The translations under genes were made by a program, and so were the position numbers. A stretch of 64,000 nucleotides of DNA from Dictyostelium discoideum (Eukaryota), in contig CM000153.2 of the NCBI GenBank assembly GCA_000004695.1, positions 1,024,001-1,088,000 on the forward strand. The letters run 5' to 3'. Below the pieces are notes generated by a model. It saw only the letters and a list, made by a program, of their open reading frames with translations. It did no database searches and was not told where the DNA came from. Positions 38,803 through 55,994 of the stretch are shown here, piece by piece. Every line of letters starts with the position of its first letter. Position 1 is the stretch's first letter.

Positions 38803-41800
38803 TAACTATTTATTATTATTATTTTTATAAAATAAAAAAAAAAAAAAAAGAGGGGATTTATATCTATTAGCAAAATTAATGTTATGTAAAGAAGATAAAA
38901 GAGTATTTAGAATAAAAGATAAGGCAATGTTAAAAATTTGTTCACATATTTGGGATTGTGATTTAGATGATATGATTGAAGATTTAGATAATGGTGATTT
39001 CACTGAAACTTGTAAAAAAGTAAAATACTTTCAATTCTTTTTTAAAATTTTTTTAAATTTATTTTTTAAATATATTAATATTAATATTTTTTTTTATTTT
39101 TTTTTTTAGTTTTATATAGAATATGGTAAATATCCAGAAAAAAGTACATTAACATTAAAAGAAGTTGACCAAGTATTGGATTCTTTAACAGTATCAGGTA
39201 AATTTGAAGATCAAGTAAAAATTATAAATAAATTATTGAAAAGATGTACACCATTCGATTTTAGATTAGTTTGTAGAATTATTGATAGTGATTTAAAAAT
39301 AAATACTGGTGCAAAATTCTTTTTAGATGCATTTCACCCCCAAGCATATGATGCATTTAAAAAAGCAAATAATTTAAAAGGTGTAATTGAAAAAATTCAA
39401 CAACATGATTTTGATAATGATAATGGTGATGGCGATGATGGTGATGGTGATGACAATGATGATGATGATGGTGATGGTGATAGTGATAGTGATAAAAAAA
39501 AGAAAAAATCAAGTGGTGGTAGTGGTAGTGATAGTGGTAGTAAGAAAAAAAGCAAATCATTTGAAGTTGCAATTAAATTAATGACACCAATTAAACCAAT
39601 GTTACCAAAAGCAGTTAAAACTGTTGAAGGTGTTGTAAAGAGTAGTGAATGCTTTTATGCAGAGATTAAATATGATGGTGAACGTATTCAAATTCATAAG
39701 GATGGTAATCAGTTTAGTTGTTATTCTCGTAATCTTAAACCATTAATGCCATGGAAAGTGGATGAAGTTAAACCATATATTCCAAAATCAACCAAAGCTC
39801 AACAGATGATATTAGATGGTGAAATACTTTTAATGGATACTAAAACCAGCCAACCTTTGCCATTTGGTACATTAAGTGCCCATAAAAAGAATGGGTTCAA
39901 AGATGCAACGGTTTGTGTGTTCCTATTCGATATTCTATATCTAAATGGTAAGTCATTGATTCATTTACCACTTAAAGAGAGAAGAGAAATCTTGGAAAAG
40001 AATGTAATGGTGGTTAAAAATCGTATTGAGTTCTCTGAGGTGACAATTGTTAATGGTGCCTCTGAGAAATCAAAATTGACGGCATTGTTGAACAGAGTAT
40101 TTAAAGAGAAACTTGAGGGTTTGGTAATCAAAGATGCAATGTCAGAATATGAGCCAGGTTGTAGACATTGGATAAAAATTAAAAAGGATTACATTCACGG
40201 TATGGCTGATAGTGCAGATTTAATTGCAGTTGGCGGTTACTATGGTTCTGGTTCGATGGGTGGTTTGGTAACGGTTTTTTTGATGGTATGTTATGATAAA
40301 CAAAATAAAATCTATAAAACAGTGGTCAAAGCAAGTGGTGGTTTGGATGATAATATGATTGCCAAACTTCAACCAAAAGTCACAAGTACAATGACAAAAA
40401 TTTCAAAAGAAGTTTCAAAGATTCCTTATTGGTTAGATTGTCCAAAGCAATATGCGCCAGATTTCATTGTAAAAGATATTAAACAAGCTATGATATTTGA
40501 AATTGAGTCAGCTGAATTCACTAAAAGTGATCATCATACCACTGGTTATTCAATGCGTTTCCCACGTATTCTCAAAATTAGACATGACAAAGATTATAAA
40601 ACTGCAACAACCCTTGAAGAATTGGTTGAAATTGGTAAAGATATTAAAATTGTTCCAGTTGGTAAAGGTGATAATAATTCACCAACAACTACTACTACAA
40701 CAACTACTACAACAACAACAACTACTTCATCAAAATTAATTAAAAAACAACAATTATCAGATGATGATGATGATAATGATAAAGACTCTAAACAGCAACA
40801 ACAAGAACCATCAAAATTAAAATTTGTTAGTGATGATTTATTAGATCCATTTAATGACAAGTCAGATGATGAATCAAATAAAATATTTATATTGAATTAT
40901 GTTGATAATTCAGGTATTTGGAATGAAAAGGGCTTATCAGGTGCAATTGGTAAGAAATGGCCATCAATCCCAAAATCATTTTCTCAAGGTGATTCAAACA
41001 TTATAAAGAGTGGTGAAATTCGTGTTGAAAAGGTAAAAGATGATTCAATATCAACAAATAAAAAAGTTTTTATTTGTAATCTTTCTTGTATTATCCCACC
41101 AAAATCTAAAAAAGAATCTTATACTTTCTCATTAAAAGAATTTAAATCTGCAATTAAAGAAGCAAAAGGTGCGATCAATCAAAAAAAAGCTTCAGTTCAT
41201 TTAGCAAAACCACAATTCACTTCACCATCTTGGTCTGAACTTGATGAAGTACTAACAAAAGAATTATATAATAGTGGTATTAAAGTATTTGTACATTCAA
41301 TTTCAAAATCATCACCAACTACAACATCACCAACTACAACTTCACCAACTACAACATCACCAAAAATAACATCACCATCATCATCATCATCACCTTCAAA
41401 TAAATTAAGCCCATTAAAAAGAGGAAGAGATGAAAAATTAGAACATGAAATCATTAAAGATATTGAACCATCTTTACCAATATTTGAGGATGTTAATGCT
41501 GTAATTGATAGTAAAACCATTGACCAAGTTGATGTAAAGAGATTAATAAATTCAATTAAAACTATGGGTGGTCGTGTATCAGATAAATGGCAACAAGTTG
41601 GTATTGGGAAAACAACCCATTTAATTTGCAATGGTATGAGCGATCTTTATTTACATGTCGATCGTTTAGGTGGTACAATTGTTTTACCAAATTGGGTTGA
41701 TCAATGTTTTGGTTCAGATAAATTATTACCATTACATGAGGATTATATTTATTTCAATAAAAAAGATCATCCAGATTATTCACAATCATCATCATCATCC

Positions 41801-42349
41801 TCAATGTCAATTGAAGAAGAGAAAATAGTAGTAACTACCACCTCTGATGATCCATCAGAGGGTAATCAACAACAACAGGATAAAAAGGTTATAAAAGAAT
41901 CAAAAATAATTCAATCAAAAGATCATTCTTCAACAACTACTATTGATACAAAAATAACAATTACTTCAACCAATAATAATAATAATGGTAACGATAACAA
42001 CAAAACTAGAAAGAAACAACATCTTTTATCAATTTTCCAAGAATGTATTATATTTTTACATGATAATGTAAATGATAGAGAAACTTTAAAAAGATATATC
42101 ATTGCTTATGGTGGTGATATTTCTGATTCAGTCAATGATAAAACTACTCATTTAGTTGCTTCTCTACCAAATAATTTTTCAAACGTAAAACCAAAAGATC
42201 TTTTTAAATCAATAATTAATAATAATAGTAAAAATAATAATAATAATAATAATAACAATAATAATGGTATAATTGTAAATTCTTTGTGGTTATGGGATTC
42301 AATAAATATGAGTGATCTTTTAGATGTAAAAAATTATAAACTTTTCTAA
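38604..42349 (+). CDS. lig3: ATP-dependent DNA ligase III-like (N-terminal DNA-binding domain, adenylation/OB core, internal and C-terminal BRCT, plus a macro-like insert); join(38604..38722,38851..39019,39110..42349), about 1175 aa
   Basis: Exon 1 (MSEDKSGSFYSMYKLCGQLEKESSHSGKTQLIKSFCNVFK) ends with a GTATGT donor at 38723. Exon 2 (GDLYLLAKLMLCKEDKRVFRIKDKAMLKICSHIW..) ends with a GTAAAA donor at 39020 and is followed by acceptor ttttag at 39109. Exon 3 contains the track ORF from 39176. The active-site lysine motif is EIKYDGERIQIHK (Lig3-type KYDGER), and there are two BRCT-like segments (~41500-41760 and the C-terminal ~90 aa). A Gly/Asp-rich (GDGDD)n insert lies at 39420-39490, and (ACAACT)n poly-Thr runs are present. 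Confidence 0.85.
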
Positions 42350-42742
42350 AAAAAATAAAATAAAATAAAATATAAAAATAGAATTTTAAAATATAAAAAT
42401 AGAATTTCAAAAAATAAAAATAAAAAGGATTTCTAAAAATGTAAAAAAAAAATTGGCGCCAACCATATGGTGCTTACTTTTTGAATTTTTTTTTTTTTTT
42501 TATATTTTTATTTTTTTTTTTTTTTGAATTTTTTTTTTTTGAATTTTTTTTTTTTTTTTAATTTTTTATATTTTTTTTTTTTTTTTAAAATTTTGACACA
42601 ATTTTTTAATTAACACCTAATGTTCAGTGAACAATTTAACATTAGATAGACAATAAAGTTATAACTTTTATAAAAAATAAAATAAAAAAATAAAAAAAAT
42701 ACACACACAATTAAATAAATTTATAACTTTTAAATAGATATT

Positions 42743-42773
<31 letters not shown>

Positions 42774-42870
42774 AAATATTTTTTTTTTTTTTTTTTTATA
42801 AATTATTTTTAATTTTCTATGCATTAAAAAAAAAAAAAAAAAAAAAAATTTAATTTTATAAATAAATAAA

Positions 42871-43056
42871 ATGGTAATGATGGAAGGAGTTACCCCACCC
42901 CCAACAGCAAAAGTAATACCATTTTCATTAAAAAAAAAGAAGCCTGCTGCCTTAGTACCAACTACGGCAACTGTGGCAACAACAACAACAACAACAACAA
43001 CAAATTCAACTACGAATCAAAATTCAAATGATAATACACCAGTTGTAATCGAAACA

Positions 43057-43096
<40 letters not shown>

Positions 43097-43238
43097 TTAA
43101 TAATACAACAGAAACTATAGCAACAACCACAGAAACAACAGAAACAACAGCAACAATAGAAAATGATTCACCGACAATTTCATCAGAGAAAATTAAAACA
43201 TCAACTATGGAACCAATAAATCCTGCATCAATAATTTC

Positions 43239-43323
<85 letters not shown>

Positions 43324-43607
43324 AATAATGATACAATAATGAAAAATATTGAAGACGAGGAAGAGGATTTATATACAGATATTACATTTGTTAGTGGACC
43401 TTCTACGAATGTCGAGGCTGAAGATGAACAAGAGGAAGTAGAAAAACAACCACAACAAACACAACCACAACAACAACAACAACAAAGATTGGATATAAAT
43501 AAAAAAACCGATACGAATATAAATGGTGTTATACAAATGGATACAGATTCGAAATCATTGTCGTCATCATCATCATCATCATCTAGATATCAAAAAACAC
43601 CAAAAAA

Positions 43608-43638
<31 letters not shown>

Positions 43639-46600
43639 TCAATAAATAATAAAGCGAACAATGAAGCATTTTTTGATAAAGATTCATTTAAAATAAAACT
43701 ACAGGTTATTAATCCAGAATCATATTCAGAGGAGGAAATTCAAGATATTAATTTAAATTCAGTTACATCTGAAGTTTATATGAATCCAACAACGTTAGGT
43801 GATAAATTACAGCAGCATCAACAACAGCAACATCAAAAACAACAACAAAAACAAAAAAATAAAAATACCACCACCTCCAATAATAATAATAAAAATAAAA
43901 ATAATAATAAAAATCATCATGATCATGCTGGTAGTAAAGATCAAATTAATTCATTAGAGGATGAAAAGAGGTATACACAAAGATATAGATATTTAAAGAG
44001 TAATGAAGAGATATTAAATAAACCAGTTTTTAAAGAGATTGAAGAGAGTCCAATGGCTCCATATAATAAGCCGTCTGGGTATATCATTTACCAAGAGAAA
44101 TCAAGTGAAATGTTACATGATGAGGTTGAATATGATATGGATAGTGAGGATGAAAAATGGTTAGAAGAATTTAATAAAACTACCAATAATAATTATTCTG
44201 AAGATATTTTTGAATATGTTATTGATCGTTTAGAGAAAGAAACTTTTAAATATGTATGTAAACACTTAAATATATATATATATTATATTATTAGGTTTGT
44301 TTATTTTATACTAATATCATTCATTCATTTATTTGTTTATGTAGAAACAAGAGATTGGAAGTGATATGTTTCCACATTTTAGTTCAGTTGAAGCAGATGA
44401 TGTTTGTGGTGTTTGTTTTGATGGTACATCTGATGATACAAATCAAATTGTATATTGTGATGGTTGTGATATAGCAGTGCACCAAGATTGTTATGGTATA
44501 CTATTGATCCCCGAAGGTCATTGGTTTTGTCAAAAATGTGAATCACCAGATAAAGATTCAATTTCATGTGTTTTATGTTTTAAAAAGAATGGTTCTTTCA
44601 AACAAACTATCGATGGTGAATGGGTTCATTTGGTTTGTGCCTATAATATACCAGAACTATCTCAAATTATAAGTAAGTTAAAAAAAAAAAAATAATAAAC
44701 AAAAAAATATTATAATTATCATTATTACGAAATACTAATTATTAATATTATTTTCTATACAAAAAAGAAAAAGGTAGTGGTAGAGAAAAACTTGGTCCCC
44801 CAGGACTACTTAGTAATATTTTAAAGAAAAGAAAGAAATTAAAATGTATTATATGTAAAAAAATAGGTGGTGCTTGCATTCAGTGTCGTGAAAGACATTG
44901 TTCTGTGGCATTTCACCCTTATTGTATAAAAATGAATCAAAAATCAATGATTGATGAAAACTTAAATCCTCATATAATATTTTGTAAAAAACATGTAAGT
45001 ATATATATGATGGTATTACTTTTAATAAAAAAAATAATTAATTTTTTTTTATTTATTTTAGTTTTTAAGAAATAATAATATAAATGGAAATGTTAAAGAT
45101 ATTTTAGATGATGATGGTAGTAGTAGTGATGGTAGTGAAAAAGAAAATAGTAGTGACGATGATGATTATACAGATAGTAGTGATGAACATGATATATCTG
45201 GTGATGATGATAATGATGATGATGATAATGATGACGATAGTTTCGAGGTAATTAAAACGCCCTCTAAAAAATCTCATATTTCAAATAAATCTTCAAAATC
45301 TACACCATCTAAATCTAATACGAATTTAAAATCAAAACCACAACCACCAAAACCAAAGTTAAAATCAAAATCAAAATCTACACCATCTAAAAAAAAGGCA
45401 AATCATAAAAAGAAAAAAAAAAAAATTGATTCAACTGATGAAGATGAAGATAGCAATAATGAAAAAGAGGATGAGAATGAAGAAGATGAAGATGAAGAAG
45501 ATAGCGAAGAAGAAGAAGAAGAGGAAGAGGAAGAGAAAGAAGAAAAAGAAAAAATAAATAATAAAAATAAAAAGAGAAATAATAAAAATAATAAAAATAA
45601 TAATATTATTATTGATGGTAGAAAAAAGAAGAAATTAAAAACAACAGATAGTAATAATAATAAAGTGGCTACTGTCACAGCAAAAGATACAACAACTACA
45701 ACAACTACAACTACAACAACAACAACTACTACATCAACAACTACTACAGGTATTACAGCAAAGAAAGTAGGTTTAATATCATCATCAAGAGCAGCAAAAG
45801 TAATTAGAAAAGTTCCAAGTACATTTGTTCATGCAGTTTATGATTATTGGGTAAAGAAAAGGATATCAAGAAGTGGTTTAGCATTAATTAAAAGATTCCA
45901 ACCATCGATTCTATTTAGTTTGAGATCAACATTACATGCAAAAGATCCAGGTATTAATTCAGTTTCAGATTATAATAAAATGTTATCAATTCGTGAAGAT
46001 TTGGAAAGAACTAGAACCATCTTGGAGTTGGTAAAGAAAAGAGAGAAACAAAAGAGAGAACTAATTATAAATATACGTAATGAAATCGAGTCTACAATAC
46101 TTAATGATTATTACTTTCTTAGAATGGTTTTAAAGAGTTTGGAATCCATTGAACAATTAAGACCTTTCTATGTACCAGTTTTGGAAGAAGAAGCACCTTC
46201 TTACTTTTTAATCATTAAACAACCAATGTCATTTCAACAAATTAAACAATCTCTAAACACTTATGCCTACGAGAATACTGATGACTTTTGGAAAGATATA
46301 ACTTTGATCTATACAAACGCTCAATTATTTAATTGTTCAAAAACTTCAGTTTATAAAGCCTCTCGTTTACTTCAAGAGATTGCTAATAAACTAGAATCTG
46401 ATTGTCCTCCAAAAGTAACCCCTGAAGAATTGGATGACTTTATAAAGAATATTAAATATCCTTCAAAGAAACTTTTAACAACTAATCACAAAAAATTTTC
46501 AACACCATTAAAATCAGTATCATCATCAGTATCATCATCATCATCATCATCAAATACAACAAATACACAGTCAACACCAATAAAAACTACTCCAACTGAA

Positions 46601-48160
46601 ACACCAAAACCAACAAGTAGAACAAGATCAATGGTAGCTCAAGAACAAGAACAAGAACAAGGAAAAGGAAAGGAAAAAGAACAAGAAAAAGAAAAAGAAC
46701 AAGGAAAAGGAAAAGGAAAGGAAAAGGAAAAAGAAAAAGAAAAAGAAAAAGAAAAAGAAAAAGAAAAAGAAAAAGAAAAGGAAAAAGAAAAGGAAAAAGA
46801 AAAGGAAAAAGAAAAGGAAAAAGAAAAGGAAAATGAAGAACAAGTAATACCAAAGAAACGAAGAGGTTGTCCATCACAACCTGCACCTCGAACAAGACAA
46901 TCAGATTCAAAATTGGCTTCAATCGAACCAACAGAAGATCAACGACTCTCAAAAACACCTCCAACCTCAAAAGCCACATCATCAAAAACTACTCAACCTA
47001 TAACACCAAAAACTCCACAACCTACAACACCAAAAACTCCACAACCTGCAACACCAAAAACTCCACAACCTCCAAGAACTACACCAACATCGTCTTCAAA
47101 AACTCCTAATATTACCTCTCCAATGTCAGCATCTAAAATAATTACAAGATCTTCCACACCATCAAAAACTACCCTCCAAAAAAAAGAAATCCCACCACAA
47201 AAGAAAATTACTGCAAAACAAACTCCTCAAAGAATAATCAAACCAACTCTAAAATCTCAACAAGTAATACCAGCAACAACCTCAACAATATCAAGAACAA
47301 GAAGAAATTTACAAAAACAACTTGAAGAAACATTGGAGAATGACCAAGATCAAAAGGAATTGGTTGAGGAAAATGAAAATGAAAATGAAAATGAAAATGA
47401 AAATGAAAATGAAAATGAAAATGAAAATGAAAATGAAAATGAAAATGAAAATGAAAATGAAGAGGAAGAGATTGAAGAACAGGAAATGAAACAAAAAGAG
47501 GAGAAAGAAGAAGAGGAAGAAGATGATGAAGGAGAAGAACAAAAAGGAATTATTCAAAAAGGTGATGAAATAGATACAGATGTTGAAGATTATGGAGTAA
47601 AGAGAAAAAAGAAATCATTATCACCATTGAAACTAACCATTCCAAATACAAATCAGCTAATGTTATTGGATACAATGAATACCCAGACTGAAAAAAAAAG
47701 TAGAAGTAAATCTATCCTCGATCAAACTACTAAAGATCTTTTCGTTGTTCCTCAAATCATTAAAAGGGTTGCAATTATGTCACAACTCAAGCATATACCT
47801 TTAGAAATAAATTTCTCAAAAGAAATCACTGATGATCTTAGAGAATTACTCTCAATAACTCAAGAAATTCAGTCGATTGAAAAAGGTGGTTTCCTTTCTC
47901 ATGCCAATAGAGCCGTCTCTAGCAAAGAAGGTTTAAAATTCATTGAACATATTGATCTACGTATTTTCAGAGGTACCTATGATCATGACAAAAAATTATT
48001 TTGGTACCATCTTGAAAAAATCGCTCAACGTATCCCCCCTCAATTTTCAAAATCAAAAAAACTAACATTGGAAAAAATTTCTGAACTAAAAGAAAAATAT
48101 GAACAAAACCATCCAGAAATTCTTGATGAAGAAAATAATGAAGAAGAAAACGATGAATAA
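42871..48160 (+). CDS. BRPF/peregrin-like chromatin reader (EPL1/EPcA N-terminal region, PHD-Zn knuckle-PHD (PZP) module, bromodomain); join(42871..44253,44345..44672,44774..44994,45062..48160), about 1676 aa
   Basis: The EPcA-like segment EYDMDSEDEKWLEEFNK...FEYVIDRLEKETFKY precedes a GTATGT donor at 44254. PHD1 is CGVCFDGTSDDTNQIVYCDGCDIAVHQDCYG..EGHWFCQKC. The zinc knuckle/ePHD (CIICKKIGGACIQCRERHCSVAFHPYC) is split by GTAAGT introns at 44673 and 44995. The last exon is continuous from 45062 into the track ORF from 45665 and contains a bromodomain (YYFLRMVLKSLESIEQLRPFYVPVLEEEAPSYFLIIKQPMSFQQIKQSL..YTNAQLFN). All phases check out. Coding microsatellites (GAAAAR)n at 46660-46838 and (GAAAAT)n at 47369-47460 encode (KE)n and (EN)n. 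Confidence 0.8.
46660..46838. repeat. (GAAAAR)n hexanucleotide coding microsatellite encoding (KE)n/(GK)n
   Basis: ggaaaaggaaaggaaaaagaacaagaaaaagaaaaagaa...; a related (GAAAAT)n run at 47369-47460 encodes (EN)n. Confidence 0.9.
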
Positions 48161-48222
48161 TTTTTAAAAAATAAAATGATTTTGTAAAGGAAAATAAGAA
48201 AGAAAGAAAGAAAGAGAGAAAG

Positions 48223-48259
<37 letters not shown>

Positions 48260-48482
48260 TTAATTTATTTTTATTTTTATTTATTAGCTTTTTATTTTTA
48301 TTTATTTATTTTTTGCCAAAATTTTGATCATTTTCGTTTATTTTTTTTTTTATTTTTTTTATTTTTTTTTTTTTTGAATTTTTTTGTTTTTTCATATTTT
48401 TTTTTTTTTTTTTTTATTTTATTTAAATTTTTTTTTCAGACGCTGTAGTACCGTTTAATTTTAACAGATATTACATAAAAAG

Positions 48483-49637
<1,155 letters not shown>

Positions 49638-50073
49638 ACAACAGTAATAATATTTAAAAAAAAAAAAAAAAAACATTAAAAAAAAACATTAAAAAAAAAA
49701 AATATCGTATTATAATAAATATATAAAAGTATAATTAAAAGAATGGTTTTATTTTTGGATTATTTTTTTTTTTTTTTCAGAAAATAGGTTTGACAATTAG
49801 GAAATCAAAAAATATTAAAATCCACAAAACTTTGGGAAAAATTAAAAAAAAAAAAAAAGGAAAACAAAAAAGGTGAAATCATTTTCTTTTTTTTCTAATC
49901 AAATAAATAAAGGAATTTTTTTATTTTATTTTATTTTTTTATTTATTGGTTCATCGATTTACAGGTTAGTTTATATTTACAAATAAAATAAGTTGGATTT
50001 TTTTGTTTTGTTTTTGATTTTGTTTTTGATTTTGTTTTAGTTTTTGTTTTTGTTTTTTTTGTTTTGTTTTTTT

Positions 50074-52134
<2,061 letters not shown>

Positions 52135-52561
52135 AAAAAAAAATTTATTATATATGTATATATTTTATATATATTTTTTTTGTTTTTGTGTTTTTTTTAT
52201 TTTTAAAATTATTTTTTCTTAAAATTTTAATAATGTTTTATTATTATTAAATTTGAAATTTTATATAATGCGGATGTCAAAATACTAATTTTATGTAATA
52301 TATAAAATTATGTTTTTAAATTTACTTATTTATTTATTATATTTTATAAAAGGTGTGGTGTTATTTGTTTTTTTTTTTTTATATTTTTTATTTTTTTTAT
52401 TTTTATTATTATTTTGTTGTTTTATTTTTTATTTTTTTTTTTATTATCTTAAATGTTATTGAAAGTTTTTTATATTTTATTACTATTATTACTAATTTAT
52501 GTTTGTATTTGTTATTTCTTCCTTCGTTATAATTAATGAATTTTTTTGAATCATTTAAATT

Positions 52562-52637
<76 letters not shown>

Positions 52638-52663
52638 AATATATTGGTTAATAAATAGGTTAA

Positions 52664-52696
<33 letters not shown>

Positions 52697-52801
52697 TATA
52701 GTAAAAAAAGAAAATTTAAAAGAAAAAGTAGTATTTGATTTTTTTTATTTGTTTAAATTTAATTATATATAACCTTGGTAGGGTGTTAAAAAAAAATAAT
52801 G

Positions 52802-52834
<33 letters not shown>

Positions 52835-53148
52835 AGTAAAAAAAAATTTCAAAAAAAAAAAAAATAAAAAATAAAAAAAAAAAAAATTAAATTTAAATTA
52901 ATTAAAAAATATTCAAAAATAGCCATGGAATACAATGCTAAAAAATTAGCTTTGCTCTGGTGATTAAATATCATTATTTTTGTAAAATTTTATTCTATGG
53001 TTCTATCTTTTTTTATGATTTAATAAATTATATTTTTTTATTTTTGATTATTATTATTTTTATTATTATTATTTTTATTGTTATTATTTTTTTATTTTTT
53101 TATTTTTTATTTTTTTTATTATTTTTGGTGTGTCTGATTCCAACCCAG

Positions 53149-53189
<41 letters not shown>

Positions 53190-53319
53190 TTTTTTTTTTT
53201 TTTTTTATCTTTGCAGCATAAAAAAATAAAACAAAAAATCTTTTTTTGTTTTTAAAATAAAAGGATATTTACTTGAATTGAAATTTAAAATACAATGATT
53301 TGAAATAAATGAAAATAAA

Positions 53320-53352
<33 letters not shown>

Positions 53353-53529
53353 AATAAAACTACAAACAAAACTAAAACTAAAAAAAAAAAACTAAAAAAA
53401 AAAAAAAAAAAATAAAAAAAATTATTTATAGAAATTGTCCAACCGAATCACCGAAATTTTACATATTTATTTTTTATTTTTTATTTTTATATTTTTTATT
53501 TTTTATTTTAATTTTTAATATTTGAAAAG

Positions 53530-54425
<896 letters not shown>

Positions 54426-54745
54426 TTATTTTACTATATATATATATATGTTGTATGTATGTGTGTGTGTGTATTTATTTATTTATAGTTTTATATTATA
54501 TTATATGTTTTCTTTTAAAATTCGTATGTATTTATGTATTTATGGTTTGTGAATGTATGATATTAAAAAAAAAGGTATTAAATCTTGATGGAGGGAAAAA
54601 AAAAAAAATTGATGGATAATTCAAAGAATTCCTTTGAAGTTGAGCCGATTTTTGATTTTTGATCTTTGAAATTTAATTGATGGATATTATTGTCGTTTCC
54701 TGATCAAATTTTTTAATGTAAAGAATGCATAAATGAAAAACGAGA

Positions 54746-54787
<42 letters not shown>

Positions 54788-55548
54788 TTAAAAAAAAAAT
54801 GTCGTTTTTGATGTGTTCATAATAAAATAAAAAAAAAATAAAGGTAAAAAAAAAAAATAAAAAAATTATCGAATGTTATTTATATAAATAACTTAGATTT
54901 GTTTTTTATTTTTATTTTTTATTAAATTTTATTTATTTTTATTTTATTTTATTTTATTTTATTTTATTTTTTATTAAAAAGTTTAAAAAGGAGATTTCTT
55001 TTAAAATCATAATGATATTTTAATATTGTTTTTTTTGGAAATTTAACAAAAAATATATTAAAAAATATATTAAATAGTCAATTTAAATGTTGAAGAATTT
55101 GTAATCATATTTTAAATATTAATCCCTCGACAATAAAATATACAACTGAAATTTCAGAAGGAAAAAAAAAGAGGAATAAAAAAGGAAAAACAAATAAATA
55201 AAAAAAGAATTTTTTTTTAATATTTTGAATTAAAAATATTAAAAAAAAAATTAAAAAAAAAAAAAAATTATTAATTACAAGAATTGATTTGTTTCTCAAA
55301 ATATCTTTTTTAAAAAAAACAAAAAAAAAAAATAATTGGCGCCCAAAAATTATAAATGTTCACCCATTTTTTATTTTTTCCTTTTTTTTTTTTTAATTTT
55401 TAGTTTTTTTTTTTTTTATATTTTTTTTTTTTTCCTCAATTAAATTATTTGTGTGTTTTTGTTTGTTTGTTTTGTTTTGTTTTGTTTTGTTTGTTTTGTA
55501 TTTATTCCTGTAATTAATTATTTTTATTTTATTTTATTTTTTTTAAAG

Positions 55549-55960
55549 ATGGTTTTTGAAAATGGGTAAGATTTTTAATTAAAAAAAAAAAAAAAGTGTA
55601 AAAAAAAAAAAAAAATATATTAATATTTAAATAATAATTTCTAGAAATTCAGGTAATGTTAAAAAGACAATCACCTCACCAAATAAATCAATAAATGGCC
55701 AAAATCATTTTAATAAAGTGATTAAATCAACAACATCACCAATTAAAAGTACAATACCAACATTATCAAAAACTCAATCATCAACTTATTTCAAAGATTT
55801 AGATTCATTAAATAAAAAGAATGAAAATTCCTCATCCTCTGAAGTTAAATCATTGGCATCATTTTATGAAAAATTAGCAAATAGTTCAAAACCAAGTACA
55901 CCATCCATCAAAAAGAAATCACCAATTAAATTATCATCATCATCACAAAAATCAACAACA

Positions 55961-55994
<34 letters not shown>

